DNA of 64,000 bases from a virus (Duplodnaviria > Caudoviricetes), in IMG/VR virus record IMGVR_UViG_3300025141_012428, positions 1 through 64,000 of that record; one strand, 5' to 3'. The translations under genes were made by a program, and so were the position numbers. Positions 57,174 to 64,000 of the stretch are shown here, piece after piece (position 1 is the stretch's first letter; every line of letters begins with the position of its first letter). Under the pieces are notes generated by a model that saw only the letters and a list, made by a program, of their open reading frames with translations, was not told the DNA's origin and searched no databases.

Positions 57174-58358
57174 TTAAATCTTTTCTGTGATCCAGAAGAA
57201 GTCCATTTCCTCCCAAAATTCCGGTACATCGATAATGGGGATAGGTGAAGCGACGAAGTTATCAACAGCTACTTTATTAAAATAAGCTGCTTTTCCGGGG
57301 TAAACTTTGTCTTTTTCTATTACAAATTTAGTAGTCCTAAACATTAAATTATCAACGTCTAGTTTGTTGTGATCGCGTACTGCTTTAATAGACTTATCTT
57401 GCAGCATTGCTATATCTTTATTTAAATTTAAAGATCTATATTTAAGATTTTTTAAAAATTGACCTTTTAAGTTGGTATATATGCTATTAGGGATAGAGCT
57501 TCTATCCATCTCTCTAGAGAAGTCGGCTGAGTAGCTGTCGTCTGTAACTAAATATATTACTTGTTGTATTCTCTCTTTGTTCTTGCAAAGTAAATCGATA
57601 GATATTGGCTTGCTGGTGACAACGACGCCGGGGTTGGAGAGTAGTTGCTGCTCCATGACCTCTTCATTAAAATGGTAGTCCATTCTTATGACGTGTCTGT
57701 CTTTAGGGGCTGGCTTACTAAACTTTGCGACCGCTGATGGAACAACTTCTAGAAACTCGCTATTCCATTTGGGTCCTATGAAAACTGTTCTGTTTTTGAT
57801 TTTAACATCTATACCTAAAAGTCTAAATATAGACATTGCTACTTTTTCAGGCTCAATCGTATTTATTGTTTTGGGGTCCTCCTCTAGCATAAAGGAGTAT
57901 TGCTTGCCGTCTTTGTGAGACTCTATGCCTACGAACTCTGAGTTTTTGTTCCAATAGCCTTTCTGGTTTTGCATAGGGCTATGAGAGTATAGAGCGACTA
58001 TCCTTTTGTCGTAAGCTGAGGCTATGTGTACCGAGAAAGTATCTGCCCCAAAGTGAAGCAGGGACCTTTTAATAAGGAAGGCGCACTGAGCTATGGTCGT
58101 CTTACCTCTTAGGTCTATGCATCCGTCGAACAGGTTGTCTTTATGTTCTCCTAGTTGGACTATGTTAATACCGAGTTTTCTTAGCGGCTCTTGTATTATA
58201 GACAAAACTTCTCTCCATAGATCATAATTTTTGGAAGGCTTGGAGAAGGGGGAAAAAGTTAAATAATTATCTGCCGGAGCAGGGTAATATTTTTCTCTTA
58301 TTTGAGGCTTGCCTATTTTAGAGCCAGAGGCTAGAGCATATTGTTCTACTAAGTGCAT
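57174..58358 (-). CDS. Glycosyltransferase, GT9-like C-domain plus an unknown C-terminal extension (394 aa)
   Basis: SKNYDLWREV..IVQLG..DLRGKTTI...AFLI..LHFGADTFSVHIASA..IVALY is the GT9 C-terminal Rossmann signature. Confidence 0.7.
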   Translation of the reverse strand: MHLVEQYALASGSKIGKPQIREKYYPAPADNYLTFSPFSKPSKNYDLWREVLSIIQEPLRKLGINIVQLGEHKDNLFDGCIDLRGKTTIAQCAFLIKRSLLHFGADTFSVHIASAYDKRIVALYSHSPMQNQKGYWNKNSEFVGIESHKDGKQYSFMLEEDPKTINTIEPEKVAMSIFRLLGIDVKIKNRTVFIGPKWNSEFLEVVPSAVAKFSKPAPKDRHVIRMDYHFNEEVMEQQLLSNPGVVVTSKPISIDLLCKNKERIQQVIYLVTDDSYSADFSREMDRSSIPNSIYTNLKGQFLKNLKYRSLNLNKDIAMLQDKSIKAVRDHNKLDVDNLMFRTTKFVIEKDKVYPGKAAYFNKVAVDNFVASPIPIIDVPEFWEEMDFFWITEKI

Positions 58359-60262
58359 AAGTCTAATTCTATTTTATCTTTACCATTATGCTGGAAATTG
58401 TAAAGCCTTTGCGTTCCTAGGTGTAAAAGATACGCGACTTCGAAAAACCCTTCATGCTTACCTTGTCCTTCTAGCCAAAGCAGGCTGTCCATCTTTTTAT
58501 CAAAAGGTATAACTTTATGGATAAATTCATTGCCTTCTAAGATTTCAAAATACTGAGGCGCGGTAGCAAAATATATATTATGTTTTGGATATCTCGACTT
58601 AATAGATTTTAATACAGATGTGGATAGAAAAACATCTCCTATGCTGCCGGGCATAGTAACTAAGATTCTGTTATCTTTTCCTTCTTCATCTAGGAAGTCT
58701 TCTATTTTAAATGGAATGTTTTCTTCGTTTTCTTGTCTGGCGGTTTTTCTAAAAAAGTCTTCTATGTTTTCTCTTGAAATCTTGTTTTCAATCTGCTTCA
58801 TCCAGTATACGTGGCCTTCATTGTTTTCGTCAACGTCCATATTTAGGATGTTTTTATACATGTGAATTAACCATTCTGCGTTATCGTTGATTTGAGGCAC
58901 TTGGTAATCTACATTTCTTGGTTTCCAAGTCAGAGAATCGAAGTCGTACTCCGCAAAGGGAGCGTTATCTATAAAGTCCTCTAAGAATTTGCCAGTCACT
59001 TCTGTGGAAAACTTACTTATAGCCCACTTCCTTGCTTTTTTCTCGAGTTCCCTTCTTTCTTCTGGGAGCATTCTAAAAACTTTGTCTAGATTTCTGGCGA
59101 TTGAGTCAGGGCAAGTTGAAGCTTTTTTAAACTGCGTTCCGTGCTCTCTGTACTCAGACCAGCTCAGGGGCAAGGACCCCGACCCTTTTTCGCAGCTCTC
59201 TTCTCCGCAGCTATAGTTCGTGAGAAGGGTTATTAATTCGGTGAATTTAGCCTCTTGAACTGGTATTTCTTGCCCTCCGCTTGTAAAAGGGTGACAGTAA
59301 ACGCTCATTAGGTTGTATATTTCGTTAAGCTGCGCTTCTTCTACCCCTAGACTAACGTTGCATGTATTTTGAGACTTCTCTTTAGAGCATATTTCGCATG
59401 TTTTGCCTTCGCCTTCGTATGGCTTTACATAAAAGTTTTTGCAGTTTTTGCAAATATGCGTAGTAATTACTTCATCTTTAGGTATGTCGTATTCTTCGCA
59501 GAGCCTGTGTATATTCCAGCCTTCTTTCCAAGAAGTATGTAGCAATAAATAGGTTTTTTTATTAGGCTTGCATGTTTCTTTCCATTTGGCATAACCTTCT
59601 ATAAGATTAGGAACAGACTTCCTTAATTGATTTCTAAATACAAAACCAATAACAAAAGCATCTTCTTCTATTTTGAATTTATTTCTTAATTCTTTTCTTT
59701 TGCTGTCGTCTAGCCTATAAAACTCTTTATGGTTTATTACTCCGTGGACTGTTTTTATATGGTCATGGCCAAGTCTTTTAAACTCTTTTTCTGCGAAGTT
59801 GCTCCAAACCCAGTAGTTCTTGACGTCTTTGGCAATTTTTACTGCGTTTGGGTATAAAGGCAAAGAGTCTAGTGTCGTCCATAGGGCAGATGTGATTTTA
59901 TTAAACCAAGGCTTTTTAACCATTGATTCGACTCCCCATATATCTTGAACAGCCATGAAGACGTCTGGTTTATATTTTTTTACCGTGGCATTAACAAAGT
60001 GCCCTCCGTAGTTTACGTCTCTTCCTTGTTGTGGGTCTTGATTTAGTTTTATTAATGTTTCTTGGTCTCCGGGCATCGTGCCTATCGATTCCCAAGGGGT
60101 CCTGTTTAGGGTTTTTTCGCTTTCGTTAGTGCCGCAACAATAATGGAAAATCTCGTACTTGTCCGTATTGTACAGGTACGAGAGTATTTCTTTAGAGTTT
60201 CTACCGAAGCCTGTTTTAGCTACTGCTGCATCACTCTGGAAGAGGATTCTTTTTTTTCTCAT
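58349..60262 (-). CDS. GT4-like (GT-B) glycosyltransferase with a CxxC..CxxC insert and a C-terminal GT9-like N-domain (637 aa)
   Basis: TGFGR, VFRNQLRKSVPNLI and YNLMSVYCHPFTSGGQEIPVQEA motifs; CKNC/CEIC; C-terminal PGSIGDVFLSTSVLKSIKSRYP. Confidence 0.75.
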   Translation of the reverse strand: MRKKRILFQSDAAVAKTGFGRNSKEILSYLYNTDKYEIFHYCCGTNESEKTLNRTPWESIGTMPGDQETLIKLNQDPQQGRDVNYGGHFVNATVKKYKPDVFMAVQDIWGVESMVKKPWFNKITSALWTTLDSLPLYPNAVKIAKDVKNYWVWSNFAEKEFKRLGHDHIKTVHGVINHKEFYRLDDSKRKELRNKFKIEEDAFVIGFVFRNQLRKSVPNLIEGYAKWKETCKPNKKTYLLLHTSWKEGWNIHRLCEEYDIPKDEVITTHICKNCKNFYVKPYEGEGKTCEICSKEKSQNTCNVSLGVEEAQLNEIYNLMSVYCHPFTSGGQEIPVQEAKFTELITLLTNYSCGEESCEKGSGSLPLSWSEYREHGTQFKKASTCPDSIARNLDKVFRMLPEERRELEKKARKWAISKFSTEVTGKFLEDFIDNAPFAEYDFDSLTWKPRNVDYQVPQINDNAEWLIHMYKNILNMDVDENNEGHVYWMKQIENKISRENIEDFFRKTARQENEENIPFKIEDFLDEEGKDNRILVTMPGSIGDVFLSTSVLKSIKSRYPKHNIYFATAPQYFEILEGNEFIHKVIPFDKKMDSLLWLEGQGKHEGFFEVAYLLHLGTQRLYNFQHNGKDKIELDLCT

Positions 60263-60810
60263 TACCAGACTACATCTTCGTCTGCCTCTTCTTTTTTAGC
60301 TTGAGGGGCTGGTGTCGGGTTCTTGGGATAATTACCCTTCTTGCTATTACCTACGGCAGCTTGAGCTTCCTCTAGGGAGTTTTGAAATATCGCATGCATC
60401 GAAAAGATAAAGTATTGCCTAAGAGCCTCAGCTTCCCCATATCTAAAGCCCATGGAAAATGTAGCTTTCTTCTCCGAGTCTTCTTTCGAGTCTGCTGTGA
60501 CCCTAAAGTTGTAACCATGGTTGTCTCCTTGGGAGTACGGAGAGAAGTTCATCTTAGTGGCTCTGGTCTGGGTGCCGTGATACGCGGACCAGTCCGACTT
60601 TGTCTCGATGGCATTAATGATAGCCCCTAGCTCCATTACGTTAAGCTTGGTGATACATTTATTTTCTGTATCGAACCTGCCTGTCTTAGAATTTGCGTCC
60701 CAGCTTTTTTGCTTGATTAGACTCGCGTAAACAGATTTATCTTTCGGGTTTACGGAAAATGAACAAGCTGTTCCAGAGACCTTCGCGTTTGCTTTGTAAA
60801 ACTGAATCAT
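60262..60810 (-). CDS. Putative single-stranded DNA-binding protein (PC4/Whirly-like), 182 aa
   Basis: Two beta-sheet-plus-helix halves (KLNVMELGAII / GFRYGEAEALRQYF), a Pro-rich linker and an acidic tip ending in an aromatic residue (EEADEDVVW). Confidence 0.5.
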   Translation of the reverse strand: MIQFYKANAKVSGTACSFSVNPKDKSVYASLIKQKSWDANSKTGRFDTENKCITKLNVMELGAIINAIETKSDWSAYHGTQTRATKMNFSPYSQGDNHGYNFRVTADSKEDSEKKATFSMGFRYGEAEALRQYFIFSMHAIFQNSLEEAQAAVGNSKKGNYPKNPTPAPQAKKEEADEDVVW

Positions 60811-60819
60811 ACTTTTATT

Positions 60820-60848
60820 AGTATACCTTGTTCTTTATTGTTTGTCAA
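60820..60848 (-). promoter_or_regulatory. sigma70-type promoter, near-leaderless
   Basis: TTGACA-17 bp-TATACT-9 nt-ATG(60810). Confidence 0.85.
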
Positions 60849-60857
60849 CAAAAAAAA

Positions 60858-60934
60858 TAAGGGATGCTGTTGCGTTGCCAACGTAAAAAGGATCTTTCCC
60901 TTTGGTGTTTTAAAACGCACTCCAGCATCCCTCA
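60858..60934 (-). ncRNA. Dual-guide structured RNA unit 1 (long basal stem plus U tract; may also act as terminator)
   Basis: tgagggatgctg-gag-tgcgtt [TTA AAACACC] aaagg-gaaagat-ccttt [TTA CGTTGGC] aacgca-a-cagcatccctta, then TTTTTTTT. Confidence 0.8.
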
Positions 60935-60956
60935 GAAGCTATCGGTAGCTATTTGT

Positions 60957-61361
60957 CTACTTAACCGTAATGGTTCTATTTTTTTCCTTTTCCCTTTTAC
61001 TGATTGTGATACTCAGCATACCGTTTTCCATTTTAGCTTCCAAAGTTTCTGGCTCGGCTTTTGTCGGTACTGAGAAAGCTTTATCGTATTTAACTTCCCT
61101 TCCTGCCGACTTGCCGCTGGCCACAATTTTGACCTTATTGTCAAGAACGGAGACTTCTACTTCGTCTTTGCTTAGGCCTGATAAGGCTACGTAAAATTCA
61201 TAGCCATCGTCTGTCTCATTAAAATGAGTGTTGCTGTCTGTCGTCCAACCTTTCCAAGAAGTGGCCCAATCGTCATAGTCTTTCTCAAGACTGTTGTTAA
61301 CGTAATCAAAAAGATTCTCTACGTTTCTTAATCCCATATTTGCTAATGTTAATGTACTCAT
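60957..61361 (-). CDS. hsp20: Small heat-shock protein (Hsp20/alpha-crystallin)
   Basis: ETDDGYEFYVALSGLSKDEVEVSV...AKMENGMLSITI..RTITVK. ATG 61361 is preferred because the promoter overlaps the longer TTG start. Confidence 0.9.
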   Translation of the reverse strand: MSTLTLANMGLRNVENLFDYVNNSLEKDYDDWATSWKGWTTDSNTHFNETDDGYEFYVALSGLSKDEVEVSVLDNKVKIVASGKSAGREVKYDKAFSVPTKAEPETLEAKMENGMLSITISKREKEKNRTITVK

Positions 61362-61372
61362 AATTCTTTTAA

Positions 61373-61389
61373 TGCATTTTCCGTGCCAA
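61373..61389 (-). promoter_or_regulatory. sigma54 (-24/-12) type promoter
   Basis: TTGGCACGGAAAATGCA versus consensus YTGGCACGrNNNTTGCW, with GG-N10-GC spacing exact. The predicted +1 is about 1 nt before the hsp20 ATG. Confidence 0.75.
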
Positions 61390-61401
61390 GTCAAAAAGCC
61401 T

Positions 61402-61665
61402 TTATTCTGTAGGTTTTAGGTGATACTCCGAATATTCTTCCGGGGCAAGTGTGTCGATGTGTCTCTCTAGTGTCGCTAGATTGTCCTCTGCTGTCGCTAG
61501 TTTAGAGACATATTTATCCAGTTCGGTGATCAGGCCGGAGTGCTCTCCGTTGCCTACGCTTTTATAGTATAGAGGGTTTTGATGCGCTTTTAAATAGATC
61601 CGTAGAGTAGCTAGGCTCTCCTCGATCTCCGCTTCGTATTTTTTTCTTAATGCTTTATAGAACAT
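61402..61665 (-). CDS. Hypothetical phage coiled-coil protein (87 aa)
   Basis: Tightly packed ORF with a helical hairpin and a central G.GEH motif. Confidence 0.6.
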   Translation of the reverse strand: MFYKALRKKYEAEIEESLATLRIYLKAHQNPLYYKSVGNGEHSGLITELDKYVSKLATAEDNLATLERHIDTLAPEEYSEYHLKPTE

Positions 61666-61667
61666 AA

Positions 61668-62258
61668 TTAACCTCTCCCGTTATACCATTCAATAAACTC
61701 TTTTGCAAATGGGCGTAAAGTCTCTTCTATTTGCTTGCTGGTTTGGTTTTCTATGTGTGGCCATTCTATAAAGTAATCAGCTTTAGACCTGAGCTTTGGG
61801 TCGTTCCTTTTTTCGTCTTCGTTAGGCGGCTCAAAGTAATGCCTTTCCATTTCATACAAGCCCTCTGTCTCCCAATACTTTCTGATATGTATTAAAATTC
61901 CTTTATTTTTCTTTTTTACCCAACTTACCTCGTCATTTTGATAGTCGTCGTATCTTACGTCGGTGATAATTGGAACGCATTTGCAACTGTCCGCTTTTTC
62001 TTGGGCTATATCTGTCCAGTAACAGCCGTTGCTCTGAAACCTTTTCAAGCTTCCATAAAAAACTAAAAGGTCTCGGACTTTATTTTTGGCCTCTAGGGAA
62101 CATCTGTAAATATCTATTTTGTATTTGTTGATTATAAATTCGTGTAGCTCTTGTTTAAGTTGGTCTGCTAAGGCTATCCTTTGGCCTTTAATGTCTTTGA
62201 GGATCATCCTGCAAAACAGGTCTTTTCCCGCTCCAGCTATTCCACTTATCCCAATCAT
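61668..62258 (-). CDS. Deoxynucleoside monophosphate kinase (T4 gp1-like)
   Basis: MIGISGIAGAGKD P-loop, ALADQLK and IITDVRY..E. The start at 62258 gives an ATGA overlap with the upstream stop. Confidence 0.8.
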   Translation of the reverse strand: MIGISGIAGAGKDLFCRMILKDIKGQRIALADQLKQELHEFIINKYKIDIYRCSLEAKNKVRDLLVFYGSLKRFQSNGCYWTDIAQEKADSCKCVPIITDVRYDDYQNDEVSWVKKKNKGILIHIRKYWETEGLYEMERHYFEPPNEDEKRNDPKLRSKADYFIEWPHIENQTSKQIEETLRPFAKEFIEWYNGRG

Positions 62259-62854
62259 AATTTCGAGTGAATCTGAGACAGGTTTCTTCCCAGCCAGTGC
62301 AGGGCGATTAAGCAAAGGCCGATAATCAGCTTAAAGGGTTTAAACAAAAAATATGTCTTGCGTTTTTGTTCTTCTATTCGGTTCTCTACGAATTCTTTAG
62401 CGCGGGCCTGAGCCTCTTCTCTTTCTTCTTTGTTTATTTCATTAATTTCTTTTACGTCAACTAAAAGAAGTGTCCCTTTGTGAAATAAAGCATCAAAGGA
62501 AATCCAATAATCTTTCTCCTCGGTTTCGAATACCCTGTAAAAACAAACAGACTTCGTTTCTTCTATTTTTTTAATGCCCTGAGGTTTTTCTTCTATAAAG
62601 AAGCCTTCCGCTGACTCTGCGCTTTTAACGAAATTTTTCTCCACTTCATGTAAAAAAAGTTCTCCCGCAGTCGATACGGACCAAGTATCCATTTGTCTGT
62701 TGAGGTCAGAGGTTTGAAACTCTAGTTCCGACATATCTTGGTCTCTTATTTCTTTTGGAAGCTTGTCTTTGGGAAGATCTGCCTCGAAGAATAAACGGTC
62801 AAACATAAAAAGTTCTCCTGAGTGTATGTTCTGGTGGGGGTTAGTAGGAAACAT
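62255..62854 (-). CDS. Hypothetical protein (199 aa)
   Basis: Coupled ORF with an MFD..LP..EFQT.DL pattern and a hydrophobic C-terminal segment. Confidence 0.6.
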   Translation of the reverse strand: MFPTNPHQNIHSGELFMFDRLFFEADLPKDKLPKEIRDQDMSELEFQTSDLNRQMDTWSVSTAGELFLHEVEKNFVKSAESAEGFFIEEKPQGIKKIEETKSVCFYRVFETEEKDYWISFDALFHKGTLLLVDVKEINEINKEEREEAQARAKEFVENRIEEQKRKTYFLFKPFKLIIGLCLIALHWLGRNLSQIHSKL

Positions 62855-63051
62855 TACAGAGACCTGATGTTAAACATATTTATTTCTTTAGGTTCGGAGT
62901 CTTTATTTCTCCTTACTAAGAAGTTATCTTTATCAACTATGTCGACAACTTTGCCAATCCAGCTGTATGAACCGTCAAGAACTCTTACTGTTTTATCAAC
63001 CATCTTGCGATGGATTTCCAGTACCTTATCTGTGTTTGTATCGGATGTCAT
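62854..63051 (-). CDS. Hypothetical protein (65 aa, small beta-barrel-like)
   Basis: Coupled to both neighbours by overlapping start and stop codons. Confidence 0.55.
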   Translation of the reverse strand: MTSDTNTDKVLEIHRKMVDKTVRVLDGSYSWIGKVVDIVDKDNFLVRRNKDSEPKEINMFNIRSL

Positions 63052-63353
63052 ATTGTAATGTTTTTGCTTATTTTATTAAATTTGATATTAATATTAGAGT
63101 TTTCTTTCTTGTTTATTAACGATGTTTTTAACTTTGCTATCTTATTGCTCCCAAGGGATGATATTATATCATGAGCCTCTTTTTCCATTAAAGAGCCGAG
63201 TTTGTCTTTTGAAGAGGCGCAACACGACCTAGATCTTGAAACACACAACTCAAGGACCTTCTTCAGCTCCGGTATGTCTAATAATACCAAAGGCTTGGAT
63301 AAAAGTAAAGAACAAAATTCAGTACAAACATCTAAGTGTATTATTTTACTCAT
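63048..63353 (-). CDS. Hypothetical protein (101 aa)
   Basis: Coupled ORF. Confidence 0.55.
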   Translation of the reverse strand: MSKIIHLDVCTEFCSLLLSKPLVLLDIPELKKVLELCVSRSRSCCASSKDKLGSLMEKEAHDIISSLGSNKIAKLKTSLINKKENSNINIKFNKISKNITI

Positions 63354-63726
63354 CTTTTAAAAAAGTTTTAATAAAAGCAAGATACAATACTAGCGACAAA
63401 GGGTAGCAAACAAAGCCAAGTAATAGGTTATTAGTTGTTATAAAGCAACAAAATAATGAAAGCCAAAAAGAAAAACAATACGGGCAACTAAATAATTTGT
63501 TGAGAAATGTTGGTTCTTTTATGTATGAGAGCTCAAAAAGCGTTACCTTACTATCGGGGCATTCAAATAAATGCTCTTCATATTCTTTTAAATAGGTAAA
63601 TCTTGTTAAGCGAAAAAGTTTTATATATGACGCTAGCATGTCTGTGTTAAACCATGCTATTAAAATACCGCAAGTAGCTATTGAAGCCGCTAACGTTTTA
63701 AGTGCCTGTGCTACCAAAACCTCCAT
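63346..63726 (-). CDS. Membrane protein, DUF1360-like (CPYC.SFW motif)
   Basis: Hydrophobic helices around [11 protein letters not shown]. Confidence 0.5.
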   Translation of the reverse strand: MEVLVAQALKTLAASIATCGILIAWFNTDMLASYIKLFRLTRFTYLKEYEEHLFECPDSKVTLFELSYIKEPTFLNKLFSCPYCFSFWLSLFCCFITTNNLLLGFVCYPLSLVLYLAFIKTFLKDE

Positions 63727-64000
63727 CTGACCTTTGTGAGTCTTCTAGTTCGTCTAGTTCAACCCAGCCTATAGTATTACACTGTTCGAGTATTAACTGC
63801 GCTATTCTGTCTCCTTTTTTATAGAGAAAGTCTTCGTCAGAAAGGTTTTGTAAGACAACTCCAACTTCACCTCTATAACCTGCGTCAATAACTCCTGCTA
63901 ACACATCAATGCCTTTTTTTACTGCGAGGCCTGATCTTGGGGCGACTCTTCCATAGTAAGACGGAGCAAAGACATTCTTACTCTCTGGGATGGCTATAGC
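63698..64000 (-). CDS. dut: Trimeric dUTPase (5'-truncated by the window edge)
   Basis: Frame open to the window end: [33 protein letters not shown]...RIAQL...[10 protein letters not shown] (motifs II-V). Confidence 0.95.
   Translation of the reverse strand, partial: AIAIPESKNVFAPSYYGRVAPRSGLAVKKGIDVLAGVIDAGYRGEVGVVLQNLSDEDFLYKKGDRIAQLILEQCNTIGWVELDELEDSQRSDGGFGSTGT

Noticed and set aside
60864-61073. 69-aa + strand ORF over RNA unit 1, and other short antisense ORFs in both blocks
   Set aside because: They are antisense to well-supported genes or structured RNA and show no RBS or recognisable motifs.
1-64000. Stop-codon reassignment (seen in some large phages)
   Set aside because: Genes tile the window densely in the standard code, and TAA, TAG and TGA all serve as real stops with coupled downstream starts.

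Overview
The window is a gene-dense fragment of a large tailed dsDNA phage genome in the standard genetic code. No capsid, rRNA, tRNA or CRISPR array was seen. Bases 1-54949 are a + strand virion module: three paralogous Gly-X-Ser-repeat, Cys-rich fibre genes, a GT9-like glycosyltransferase, neck and tail-completion genes, tail tube, chaperones, a 1937-aa tape measure protein, tail-tip genes and a 5767-aa giant protein. A RTGTAA-N7-TA motif (probable late promoter) lies in every sizeable gap of this module. Bases 55018-64000 are a convergent - strand block: putative annealase, glycosyltransferases, putative SSB, Hsp20, dNMP kinase and dUTPase, with three near-consensus sigma70 promoters and one sigma54-type promoter, all placed to give leaderless or almost leaderless mRNAs. 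The main finding is a 385-aa protein with an IS110/TasR-like DEDD RuvC domain and a Nop/Tnp20-like C-terminus lacking the serine loop (55906-57063). It is surrounded by four dispersed structured RNA units and one half unit. Each full unit reads stem, UUA+7 variable nt, hairpin, UUA+7 variable nt, stem. This looks like a phage RNA-guided system related to, but architecturally distinct from, TIGR-Tas and IS110 bridge RNAs. Protein family calls come from motif recognition by eye, not from database searches.
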